Source of the DNA: Cyanobacteria bacterium J06626_4
GTDB taxonomy: Bacteria > Cyanobacteriota > Cyanobacteriia > Phormidesmidales > Phormidesmidaceae
NCBI GenBank assembly: GCA_038523235.1
Contig: JBCBJQ010000144.1
Coordinates: 1 to 12,657 of the forward strand
Direction of reading: 5' to 3'
Length of the DNA: 12,657 nucleotides
Below, piece by piece: positions 1 to 8,453 of this stretch. The notes beneath the pieces were generated by a model. It saw nothing but the letters and a program-made list of their open reading frames with translations. It searched no databases and had not been told where the DNA came from. The number at the start of each line of letters is the position of its first letter. The first letter of the stretch is position 1. The position numbers and the translations under genes were made by a program.

Positions 1-384
1 TATTTCTATAAGAGCAATGCAGCGATGGCGTTGGAGATGGCGATCGCTGTCTGTAGATAAGTTCAGCAGAGCGAACACTGGCCCAGCGATTGGGCGGAAC
101 TTCAGCCTATCCTACTGTCACAGATAGAGCTGCAAAGTGCGCGGCTTTACATCAGTGCCTACGCTGCAAGTGGAGTGCTGCAGGCTCGTCTTGGCAATTT
201 GGCCGGAGCTGAAACCATAGCGAACCAAGTCCAGCAGTTGCAGGCCAAAGAATTTGGGGCCGACTTGCTGCTATCAAGCCCCCGCTCACCGGGCGAGGCG
301 GAGCATGACGCGCCATGCCCACCGTGTTTTGTTGACGGCGTTTGGGGCATTGCGGCGATTGCCACACGGCCCCAAACTGCTTAG
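1..384 (+). pseudogene. Probable disrupted 3' part of a conserved cyanobacterial helical/TPR-like hypothetical protein (5' end outside the window)
   Basis: Frame +1 from base 1 reads YFYKSNAAMALEMAIAVCR*VQQSEHWPSDWAELQPILLSQIELQSARLYISAYAASGVLQARLGNLAGAETIANQVQQLQAKEFGADLLL, with one TAA at 58-60. From memory this resembles a conserved cyanobacterial protein (YRYFYYK...W..L.PIL...RLY..AYAASG..LA.LG...EFGA). Similarity fades after about 275, so the end coordinate is just the ORF stop. Confidence 0.55.
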
Positions 385-388
385 AGCG

Positions 389-841
389 ATGTCTTTTGTC
401 CACTCTCCTCTGCGAGCCTTGGCATGGTTATGGGTTAAACGGTACGTTCGGCGGCAATTTCCCGATGCCCCGAGACTCACCACCGATGAGTTGGCGATGT
501 GGCTAGCCAGCGATCGCCCCGCCCCGCTGCTCATTGATGTGCGCAAGACCGACGAATACTACACCAGCCATCTGCCGGGTGCTCAGCATTTACCCACGCT
601 CGCGGCGATTCAGCAAGCGTCGATTCCTCCAGAGGCCACAGTGATCCTGTACTGCTCCGTGGGGTATCGCTCGGCTCGCTTGGTGCAACAGCTGCAGGCT
701 ATAGGCTATCAAAGCGTTTTTAATTTGGAAGGCTCGATTTTTGAGTGGTACAACCGAGGCTATCCCGTGATATCGGCTCAGGCGGCCGCCCCGTCCATCC
801 ATCCTTACAACCGCATCTGGGGCTTGCTGCTGAAAGATTAG
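389..841 (+). CDS. Rhodanese-like domain protein (single domain, ~150 aa)
   Basis: LLIDVRKTDEYYTSHLPGA, active-site loop ILYCSVGYRS and VFNLEGSIFEW. ATG at 389 is preferred over the ORF-track start at 254, whose extension overlaps the upstream fragment. Confidence 0.9.
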   Translation: MSFVHSPLRALAWLWVKRYVRRQFPDAPRLTTDELAMWLASDRPAPLLIDVRKTDEYYTSHLPGAQHLPTLAAIQQASIPPEATVILYCSVGYRSARLVQQLQAIGYQSVFNLEGSIFEWYNRGYPVISAQAAAPSIHPYNRIWGLLLKD

Positions 842-1017
842 CGCGCCTCTGATCGTTGTTGGCTCAGGGCTAGGCTGGACGCGATCGTGTTGGGCTGCGT
901 TAAGCCTTCTGTCGTTGGCGTCAAATAAAAAACGAGTTTGACCAATAGCGAATCTTCACCGTTGGCTGGGGCACCAGCGATATAGTTGTAGAAATTGTGC
1001 TGACGGGCCGGAAAGTC

Positions 1018-4000
1018 ATGGTGTTAGACATTCTTGCGGCGATCGGGTTGAAGGAAACCGGAAGCTACATCGCGAAAGACGTATTGTTGCCGCTGCTGCA
1101 GGGGAGTCTAGAGGACTACGCCAAAGATTATTTCAAGGGCTGGATGGCTGATGCGGTGGGGTTAGCGCATCAGGAACCCGTACAAAAAGCGCTGGGGAAA
1201 GCGCTGAAGGCGTTTGTGGAACTCATCGAAGCAGAACTGGAGTTCCAAGGCTGCACCGGGTCAGAGATTCGTGATTTTTACGAGTTGCCCCTGCGAGAGT
1301 TCATGCAGGACGCAGATGTAAAAGCAACCCTGGGTCGCGCCTTTGAGCCGGATTGTCGCAGTATTGACGCGGAGTTGCTGGCCCTGCGGTGGGCAGACCT
1401 AGAGTTGCGCCCCCTGCCGGAAGAATTTGACTGGCCACAGATTGGCAAGCAGTATGTGCGCGAAGTGAAAGGTTTGCTGCGAAGCGATGATGCGCTGCGG
1501 GACTTGCTGAAGCTGCACAATCAGGAGGCCATGCGCCAGGGCATTGAAGCCCTGGTGGGGATTCCCCCCGACTTTGATTTGCGGAAGTATCAGGAAACTC
1601 TGCGGGAGCAGTACGGCAACCTGAAGCTGGAGTCGTTGGATACGTCAGCCTATGCCTACAACGACCTGAAGCTGTGGCGCATGTTTATTCCTCAGGATGT
1701 GCGGATGTGTCAGGAATTTAACCCTCAAGTGTTCGAAATTCCGAAAGAGAAGCTGAAGAAGTTACTAGAGCGAGGTGAGATTGATACAGATGTTTTAGAA
1801 ACTGATCAGTTAGAACCACATCGCAAAGCTTACCTAAGTCAGCCGACTCAAAAAGTACTTGAGGTGATTGGGCGTGCTACTGGCTATGGTCAGCGAAATC
1901 GATCAGTTGCAGACTATACAGTTTTCTTAGGTAATCCGGGATCGGGGAAATCGACGCTGTTGCAGTATGTGGCGTTGCAATGGGCTGAGCAGCCGATTCA
2001 CGACCTGAAGGAACTAGCCCAGCGACCGCTGCCGCTGCTGATTGAGTTACGGACATATGCCAAAAACCGTCAGGAGAAGAAGTGCAGCAGCCTGGTGGAA
2101 TATCTGCACCAGGGAGATATTGCCTGTCGGCTCAATCAGCAGCGGCTGCATGAGGTGCTGACGGCGGGCAACGTCATTGCCCTGTTTGACGGCATTGATG
2201 AGGTGTTTGACCCCAACCTGCGGGATGTGGTAATGACGGATATTCACCGCTTTACCAACAACTACCCAGATGTGCAGGTGGTAGTGACCTCGCGGTGGCT
2301 GGGATACAAGGCGCAGATGCTGAGGGATGCGGGGTTTCAGCACTATATGCTGCAGGACTTGACGGATGAGCAGATTGCCGAGTTTATTCAGCGGTGGCAC
2401 GACCAGACCTTTCCCGAAGGAGCGGACAAGATCCGTAAGCGGGAGCGGCTGCATAAGGCGATTCGCGAGTCGAAGGCGATTCGCGAGCTGGCGGGGAATC
2501 CGCTGCTGCTGACGATGATGGCGATTTTGAACCGTAACCAGGAGTTACCGCGCGATCGCCCGGAGCTATATAATCAGGCATCGCGGGTGTTGCTGCACCA
2601 GTGGGATGTTGAGCGGAATTTAATTGAGCAGAAGCTCGACCCGGTAACGATTGACTATCGGGATAAGCAGGCCATGCTACGAAAAGTGGCGTATCACATG
2701 CAGTCGGGGGAAGCGGGACTGGCGGGAAACATCATCAGCGCCCAAGGCCTGGAAGCGATTTTGACAGACTATTTAAAGGCAATTGATGTGGATCAGCCCC
2801 GTGATGTGGCGCGACGGATGATTCAGCAGCTCCGGACGCGCAACTTTATTTTGTGTTATCTCGGAGCCGATAACTATGCCTTTGTCCACCGCACGTTTTT
2901 GGAGTTTTTTGCCGCCTGGGCTTTTGTTTGGGAATTTAAGGAAACTCAGACGCTGAGTTTTGATGAATTACGGGATCAGACCTTTGGCGCTCACTGGCAG
3001 GAGGAAAGCTGGCAAGAAGTGCTGCGCTTGATTGCCGGGATGATTGAGGCTAGGTTCGTCAGTGGCCTGATCACATTTTTGCTTGATCGAAAGGTCAACA
3101 AAGCTAAGTTTGCTGATGATGAGTATCTTTCGCGGGAAGGGATAAGCAATTTGCTTTTAGCAGCATACTGCCTCTCAGAGGTTCGAAATCGCAGGGACCT
3201 GTCCTCTAAAGCTCATCAACTTTTTCAAAGGTTGAAAGCTGAAGTCGAAGATCAATATCCATATAAGTTAGACCAAAGCGCTTCAGAAGCACTTGTTGGG
3301 ATCATTGTCGATACTTGGCGAGAGCATATTGACCTGTTCCCGCTTCTCAAAAATTGGGTTGACGCTAATCCTGGCTCATACATTCCAGCAATGTCAGTTG
3401 CCATGATTGCTCGAAACTGGTCTAAGGAGACAGATGTCCTTAACTGGCTCAAGGAGCGTGCTCAAATAGATGTGTCTTGGGCAGTGCGCCATGTTGCTGT
3501 ACAGGAATTGGCGAAAGGCTGGAGAGACGACCCCGAAACCTTGACCATTCTCAAAGCTCATGCACAAAAGGATGAGGATAGTGATGTGCGCCGCGTTGCT
3601 ATGCAGGAATTGGTGAAAAGCTGGAAAGATGACCCCGAAACCCTGACCATTCTCAAAGCCCGCGCCCAAACAGATAATGATTGGAACGTGTGCCGCGCTG
3701 CTATGCAGGAATTGGCGAAAGGCTGGAAAGATGACCCCGAAACCCTGACCATTCTCAAAACCCACGCCCAAACAGATGATGATGGGAGCTTTCGCCGCGT
3801 TGCTATGCAGGAATTGGTGAAAGGCTGGAAAGACGACCCCGAAACCCTGACCATTCTCAAAACTTGCGTCCAAACAGATAAAGCTAGGAGCGTGCGCTGC
3901 GCTGCTATGCAGGAATTGGTGAAAGGCTGGAGAAACGACCCCGACATCTTAGCAATTCTTAAGACCTGTATACAAATGGACAAAAGTGAGAAGGTACGCC

Positions 4001-4143
4001 ATGTCGCTGTGCAAGAACTCGCGAAAGGTTGGAAACACAGCCCTGACACCTTAGCGATTCTCAAGACCTGTGCTCAAATGGACGAAAGCCCGACGGTGCG
4101 CAGCACTGCCCGTAAGAAACTGAAAATTTTGAGAAACGACTAA
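1018..4143 (+). CDS. NACHT-family STAND NTPase with N-terminal helical region and C-terminal HEAT-like repeats
   Basis: Walker A GNPGSGKST, PLLIELR, Walker B ALFDGIDEV, VVVTSR, GNPLLL, winged-helix FVHRTFLEFFAA and WQEVLRL, followed by 34-aa repeats. ATG at 1018 is preferred; GTG at 997 is possible. Confidence 0.93.
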   Translation: MVLDILAAIGLKETGSYIAKDVLLPLLQGSLEDYAKDYFKGWMADAVGLAHQEPVQKALGKALKAFVELIEAELEFQGCTGSEIRDFYELPLREFMQDADVKATLGRAFEPDCRSIDAELLALRWADLELRPLPEEFDWPQIGKQYVREVKGLLRSDDALRDLLKLHNQEAMRQGIEALVGIPPDFDLRKYQETLREQYGNLKLESLDTSAYAYNDLKLWRMFIPQDVRMCQEFNPQVFEIPKEKLKKLLERGEIDTDVLETDQLEPHRKAYLSQPTQKVLEVIGRATGYGQRNRSVADYTVFLGNPGSGKSTLLQYVALQWAEQPIHDLKELAQRPLPLLIELRTYAKNRQEKKCSSLVEYLHQGDIACRLNQQRLHEVLTAGNVIALFDGIDEVFDPNLRDVVMTDIHRFTNNYPDVQVVVTSRWLGYKAQMLRDAGFQHYMLQDLTDEQIAEFIQRWHDQTFPEGADKIRKRERLHKAIRESKAIRELAGNPLLLTMMAILNRNQELPRDRPELYNQASRVLLHQWDVERNLIEQKLDPVTIDYRDKQAMLRKVAYHMQSGEAGLAGNIISAQGLEAILTDYLKAIDVDQPRDVARRMIQQLRTRNFILCYLGADNYAFVHRTFLEFFAAWAFVWEFKETQTLSFDELRDQTFGAHWQEESWQEVLRLIAGMIEARFVSGLITFLLDRKVNKAKFADDEYLSREGISNLLLAAYCLSEVRNRRDLSSKAHQLFQRLKAEVEDQYPYKLDQSASEALVGIIVDTWREHIDLFPLLKNWVDANPGSYIPAMSVAMIARNWSKETDVLNWLKERAQIDVSWAVRHVAVQELAKGWRDDPETLTILKAHAQKDEDSDVRRVAMQELVKSWKDDPETLTILKARAQTDNDWNVCRAAMQELAKGWKDDPETLTILKTHAQTDDDGSFRRVAMQELVKGWKDDPETLTILKTCVQTDKARSVRCAAMQELVKGWRNDPDILAILKTCIQMDKSEKVRHVAVQELAKGWKHSPDTLAILKTCAQMDESPTVRSTARKKLKILRND
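3484..4143 (+). repeat. Intragenic tandem repeat, 102-bp/34-aa unit (consensus ~VRRVAMQELxKGWKDDPETLTILKxxAQxDxxxx)
   Basis: Units start at 3484, 3586, 3688, 3790, 3892, 3994 and 4096 (last one truncated by TAA), with a degenerate unit at 3382. Units 2 and 3 differ at 9 of 102 nt. Confidence 0.95.
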
Positions 4144-4485
4144 GAGGCCCTGCCATACTCAAAATCCGTACTCAAATCGATTAACAAGATTAGGCTGCTC
4201 GGAGGATGGTGGTGCATTTGGAGAACGGCAGTGCAGAAGTTGTCAAAGAGCTGGAAAGACGATCTGACTTTATTTGAGCTTTGGTGCGGCATCACCCTCA
4301 ATGATCCCTTTGAACGCGAGAATGACTGGCAAGATAACCCTCGCCAAATTGCTCTCAACGTGCCGGTGCAGCAATATCCTGATCACGCCAAAACCCTGGA
4401 ACTGCTGCGCGATCGCGCCCAAAACGACAGCGATGAGCAGCTCAGAGATTGGGCGGCGGAGCAGCTTTCCAAGCTTGGAAGGTGA
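4144..4485 (+). pseudogene. Detached C-terminal remnant of the NACHT gene (decayed repeat, last repeat and capping helices)
   Basis: ORF 4231-4485 is in the same frame as the NACHT CDS and reads (RTA)VQKLSKSWKDD...NDPFERENDWQDNPRQIAL...YPDHAKTLELLRDRAQNDSDEQLRDWAAEQLSKL, which is similar to the repeat. 4144-4215 aligns to the repeat with a 1-nt deletion and stop codons. Confidence 0.8.
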
Positions 4486-4524
4486 CAGACAGAGAGAATT
4501 AGCTCATCCCAATCGGGATTAACC

Positions 4525-5337
4525 TCACCGACGCATGGCTTGGGTAAAGTCACAGTCCTTGATGTGGGTATCGGAAAAGGTGCAGTTTCTTAAATCTGCC
4601 TGGCGAAACGAGGTGGCAGCGTGAGATTTTAGCGATCGCATTCCATCCATTAGATTGCCAAGCGTTACCCCAACCAACACTACAGCCACCGCCGCGATCG
4701 TCAGGCCGCGTCCCCAAGTGCCGGTCGTGAATAGATTGCTGCCACTGACCCACAACAAAAAGGCCAAACCGTAGGCCGCGATCGCCCCGAGCAGCCCCAC
4801 GATCGCCGCCACTGGCGATGTGCGGATGATTAGGGTCATGAGGCCACCCAATAGACCACCCGAGATCGCGCCCACGAGGGCAAACGTAGGATCGTTGTCG
4901 GTGAGCCGTCCCCCATAAAAGAAGCCCATCAGAGCCGCGATCGCCAGGCCCGCGAGCGGTTGAGCCAGAACAGTGATGCGCCAGGATAGTCGCCGCAAAA
5001 AGGTGCCGACTGCCGCGATCGCCAACGCGATATACAGTGCCACAATATAAGGCCAAGCCGCCTGACCGGGCAAAGTACCTAAAGCTCCGAACACCAGTGA
5101 ACTGACCGCATGAAACATGAGCACCCCGAGCAACGCTAACACCAAGCCCGCGATCGCCCAGCGCTGGGCCAGATAGCCGGTGCGACACCGAAAAAAGGTA
5201 GCTCCCCGCAAGTCCGCTTGAGAAAAGTCACAGCCCCGTAGATCACAGTCAGCAAAGTGCGCATTTTGTAGCGTTTGCCGACGAAACGAGCGCCGTCGCA
5301 GGTCTTGGTTGATAAAACTAGGAGGAGGCGAAACCAT
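4525..5337 (-). CDS. Pentapeptide-repeat membrane protein
   Basis: N-terminal pentapeptides (QDLRR RSFRR QTLQN AHFAD CDLRG CDFSQ ADLRG ATFFR), about 6 hydrophobic Gly/Ala-rich segments, and C-terminal TSFRQ ADLRN CTFSD THIKD CDFTQ. Confidence 0.88.
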   Translation of the reverse strand: MVSPPPSFINQDLRRRSFRRQTLQNAHFADCDLRGCDFSQADLRGATFFRCRTGYLAQRWAIAGLVLALLGVLMFHAVSSLVFGALGTLPGQAAWPYIVALYIALAIAAVGTFLRRLSWRITVLAQPLAGLAIAALMGFFYGGRLTDNDPTFALVGAISGGLLGGLMTLIIRTSPVAAIVGLLGAIAAYGLAFLLWVSGSNLFTTGTWGRGLTIAAVAVVLVGVTLGNLMDGMRSLKSHAATSFRQADLRNCTFSDTHIKDCDFTQAMRR

Positions 5338-5342
5338 AACGA

Positions 5343-6263
5343 GTGACGACCGTGAACAGTATCCGCACAGTGTTTTTGGGTTGGAGTTTGGGAATCTTCG
5401 GACTCATGATCCCGCTGCTAATTTACAGTATTGCTCAATGGATGCGCCCCTTCCGCACCCCGGCAGTAGCGACCCTGTTTGCGGGCATCACCTACCAGCG
5501 CGAGATTGCCGAGCAGCCCTGGCCGCAAGTCATTCACATCGTCACGATTGACCTGAGCCAAGCGGAGTTGGAAGTGTTGGTCAGTCCTGGCACGATTGTC
5601 GCCACCGGCACTGAGGCGGCGGAGTTTGAAACCACGGCACTGCCCACGTCAGAATTTTTAGGGCAAAACAATCTGGCGCTGGCCGTCAATGCCAACTTTT
5701 TTGCCCCGTTTTCTGAAACAACGCCGTGGAATTATTATCCGGGTCACGGGGACGACACGCGGGTGTTAGGCACGGCCATCTCGGATGGGGTGCCTTATTC
5801 GCTCCCCGAGAGAGAGCGACCAGCCCTTTGTTTTGGCCCCAATAATCAGGCGCAAATCGCCCCCGAGGGCACTTGCCCCCAAGACACCCAACAGGCGATC
5901 GCGGGCAAGCAGCAGCTCGTATTGGACGGAGCACCCGTGCCGATTCAAGAAAAAGACACGCCCTACGCGCGGGTGATGGCAGCAGTGAATGCTCGGGGTG
6001 ATCGTCTGTGGTTGGTGATTGTCGACGGCAAGCAACCTGGCTACAGCGAAGGGGCCACGCTGGCCCAACTCACCCAAATCGCCCTGCGACTAGAAGCCGT
6101 TGCCGCGATTAATCTCGATGGTGGCGGTTCGACCACGCTGGCGATCGCTACCCCCCAGGGGCCACGTCCCATCAATGCTCCGATTCATACCAAGCTGCCA
6201 ATGCAACAGCGTCCGGTGGCCAATCATCTCGGCTTTCGCGCCGCGCCGGGGCCAGATTCATAG
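5343..6263 (+). CDS. Phosphodiester glycosidase (NAGPA-like) family protein with N-terminal membrane anchor/signal
   Basis: Motifs AVNANFF, GTAISDG, LVIVDGKQ..YSEG, AINLDGGGSTT and RPVANHL; hydrophobic N-terminus. Start uncertain (GTG 5343 or GTG 5352). Confidence 0.88.
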   Translation: MTTVNSIRTVFLGWSLGIFGLMIPLLIYSIAQWMRPFRTPAVATLFAGITYQREIAEQPWPQVIHIVTIDLSQAELEVLVSPGTIVATGTEAAEFETTALPTSEFLGQNNLALAVNANFFAPFSETTPWNYYPGHGDDTRVLGTAISDGVPYSLPERERPALCFGPNNQAQIAPEGTCPQDTQQAIAGKQQLVLDGAPVPIQEKDTPYARVMAAVNARGDRLWLVIVDGKQPGYSEGATLAQLTQIALRLEAVAAINLDGGGSTTLAIATPQGPRPINAPIHTKLPMQQRPVANHLGFRAAPGPDS

Positions 6264-6270
6264 TCTGGCT

Positions 6271-8442
6271 TCAGCTCCAGAACTCGTCTATATTGACCGT
6301 CTCAATCTCCTGCTGCACTTCCTGAAAATAACTGCTGGACGTTAACGTGGCGACTTCATGCTCCCGCTTTTGCTGATCAATTTCGATTTTCAAGTCCTCT
6401 AACTGCTGGCGTAACTTGGCTTCCCGGTGCTTCCGCTCAGAGATGTCTTGCACGATGCCTTCATAAAACAGGATGTGGCCCTCGTCGTCACGCACCGCGC
6501 GGGCATCAATTTGGGTCCAGATGATGCTGCCGTCTTTGCAAAAGCAGCGATACTCAAAATCTTGCACCGCATCTTGAGTTTTGAGCAAGATCTTGAATTG
6601 CTGCCGTTGGGCCGGATCAACGTAGAGCTGTTCGCTGATGTTCTCAATATTTTGAATCATCTCCTCGGGCGAATCGTAGCCATAAATCTGGGCCAGGGCC
6701 GGATTGACGTTGATGAAGCGGCCTTCTGGACTGGACTGAAAAATCCCTTCGAGGGCATTTTCAAAGATGCTGCGGTAGTTTTCTTCGGCAATGCGCAGCG
6801 CCGCTTCGGCGCGTTTGCGGGCGGTAATGTTGCGCACCATAATCAGCACTTCGTCGTCGCCCATGACCAGAATGCGCACCTCTTCATCCTGAGACTGACC
6901 ATTGACTTGCAGATGCTGCTCGTAAACCTGGAGCTGCCCCGTTTGCAACGCTTGCTGCATGTAATAAAGGCGCTTTTGGGCGAGATCGGGAGGCAGGGAA
7001 TCCTGCACGGTTTGACCCGGCAGTAGAGGTTGGAGCGTGGGATGCCCGGGCGCGTCATCGCCGCCAATAATATCTAAATAAGTACCATTCCCTTTGGCCA
7101 AGATCATTAGGTCAGGAATCGTATCGACGATCGCCCGATTCGTCGCTTCACTGTGTCGCAAGGCTTCAAAAGACGCCTTGAGCTGAGCCGACATAGTGTT
7201 AAAGGAAGTCGCGAGGGCGTTGATTTCCGTAATGGGGGTGGGGCTGGGATCGACTTGCTGGTTTAAATCACCGGTCGCCAAGCGATTCGACGCTTTGGCC
7301 GTCTCTAAAATCGGGCGGGTAATCCAGCGGGCGGTGAGCACACTAATGGCGATCGCCGCCGTCAAGGCAGCCAGACACAGCAGGACGGTGTTGCGGGTGT
7401 TGGTGTTAATTTGGGCCATAAACTCCGACTCTGGCACCACCACCACAATCAGCCAGTCCAACCCGAAGCCATCTTGAAACGGTAAGACCTCTAAAAACTG
7501 AGTGTCGCCCTTGACGTCAAAGGTGAGCTGCTGCGATCGCTCAATCTGCTCAAAGCCGTTGAAGCGATCGGCCAAAAAGTTGGCCGTTTTTTGCACCAAA
7601 ACATCTTCGCTTTCGGTCGCCAATAGCGGGCGCACCTCATCCCCATCTTCCCTCATGAGGGGTTCATTCGTTGAGTTAGAAATCAAGTTGCCCTTCCGAT
7701 CCACCACAAACGCTTGACCGCTCTCCCCAATTTCTAGCTGCTGCAAAAACGTCCGAAATTCTTCGGGCAACACGACATCTGCCGCACAGACGCCGAGCAA
7801 ATTCCGACCCGACCGGTCATAGACTGGCAGGCTGGCGGTGATGTTGGGCAGCCGGGTCGTAAAGGCGATGTAAACATCTGTCCAAGCGGGTTTCTGAGCA
7901 GCGGCGGCGGCTTTATACCAGGGTCGCTGCCGCGAGTCGTAGCGGGTGTCGGCCTCGCGCAAAAAGAAGGTGCGTTGCCCCTGCACGTCTAAGCTGTAAA
8001 ACTGCCGCAAAAAGCCGGTGGACTGGTTGCTGTAGGTTAGCTCTAACGAGCCATCCGTCGGAGATCGCAAAATGCCAAAAAACTCCCCCCGCTGAGCACT
8101 GCCACAATAGACCAGCGCCAGCGTATCAGCGATTTTCATCTGTTGATAGAGCTGACTTTCGCCATAAGCCGCACCGGGCACGTCCATCAGCCCTTGGGTA
8201 AAGGCGTTGGCATTTAACCGGTTGATTTCGTGGGGCGTGGCAAAGTAACTCTCCAGTTCTTGCTGAATGCGCACGGTGAGTTCGTGGCGCAGCTGACTGG
8301 CCAAATCATTGACCGCCTTTTGGCCATTGCGAAATGACAGGTACCCCACCAGACCAACGGTGCCGACGATCTGCCCCACCCCCAGCAAAATCAACAAAAT
8401 ACGCAGGGGCAGAGAAGTCGGCAGGCGAGAGAAACGCGACAT
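6271..8442 (-). CDS. Membrane sensor, TM-dCache-TM-HAMP-PAS-PAS-short coiled-coil tail, with no recognisable kinase or cyclase domain
   Basis: TM1 (ILLILLGVGQIVGTVGLVGYL); Cache motifs YDSRQRPWY, WTDVY and GQAFVVD..G.LI; TM2; HAMP (ITRPI...EINALATSFNTM); two PAS domains (RAIVDTIPD; YRSIFENALEGIF...EGIVQDISERK); only ~50 aa follow. ATG 8442 is preferred; TTG 8460 overlaps the glutaminase stop. Confidence 0.9.
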   Translation of the reverse strand: MSRFSRLPTSLPLRILLILLGVGQIVGTVGLVGYLSFRNGQKAVNDLASQLRHELTVRIQQELESYFATPHEINRLNANAFTQGLMDVPGAAYGESQLYQQMKIADTLALVYCGSAQRGEFFGILRSPTDGSLELTYSNQSTGFLRQFYSLDVQGQRTFFLREADTRYDSRQRPWYKAAAAAQKPAWTDVYIAFTTRLPNITASLPVYDRSGRNLLGVCAADVVLPEEFRTFLQQLEIGESGQAFVVDRKGNLISNSTNEPLMREDGDEVRPLLATESEDVLVQKTANFLADRFNGFEQIERSQQLTFDVKGDTQFLEVLPFQDGFGLDWLIVVVVPESEFMAQINTNTRNTVLLCLAALTAAIAISVLTARWITRPILETAKASNRLATGDLNQQVDPSPTPITEINALATSFNTMSAQLKASFEALRHSEATNRAIVDTIPDLMILAKGNGTYLDIIGGDDAPGHPTLQPLLPGQTVQDSLPPDLAQKRLYYMQQALQTGQLQVYEQHLQVNGQSQDEEVRILVMGDDEVLIMVRNITARKRAEAALRIAEENYRSIFENALEGIFQSSPEGRFINVNPALAQIYGYDSPEEMIQNIENISEQLYVDPAQRQQFKILLKTQDAVQDFEYRCFCKDGSIIWTQIDARAVRDDEGHILFYEGIVQDISERKHREAKLRQQLEDLKIEIDQQKREHEVATLTSSSYFQEVQQEIETVNIDEFWS

Positions 8443-8453
8443 GGCGAAAATCC

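Noticed and set aside
930..996. Sigma70-type promoter for the NACHT gene (TTGACC 938, TATAGT 981) and a small GCTGG/CCAGC hairpin
   Set aside because: The -35/-10 spacing is incompatible and the hairpin is short with no U-tract; insufficient support.
3394..4064. Repetitive minus-strand ORFs (159 aa and 168 aa)
   Set aside because: Antisense shadows of the 102-bp coding repeat, with no independent coding signal.
3484..4143. Repeat array as CRISPR or as a DGR template/variable pair
   Set aside because: Units are contiguous, in frame and lack unique spacers. Differences are not adenine-specific, and there is no cas or reverse transcriptase gene in the window.
4550..5188. 212-aa alternative-frame ORF, and similar nested ORFs such as 6427-7026
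   Set aside because: Fully nested in well-supported genes; expected in GC-rich coding DNA.
6271..8442. Calling the sensor a histidine kinase or a broken kinase
   Set aside because: No H-box or HATPase, and no downstream remnant; the convergent gene ends 7 nt away.
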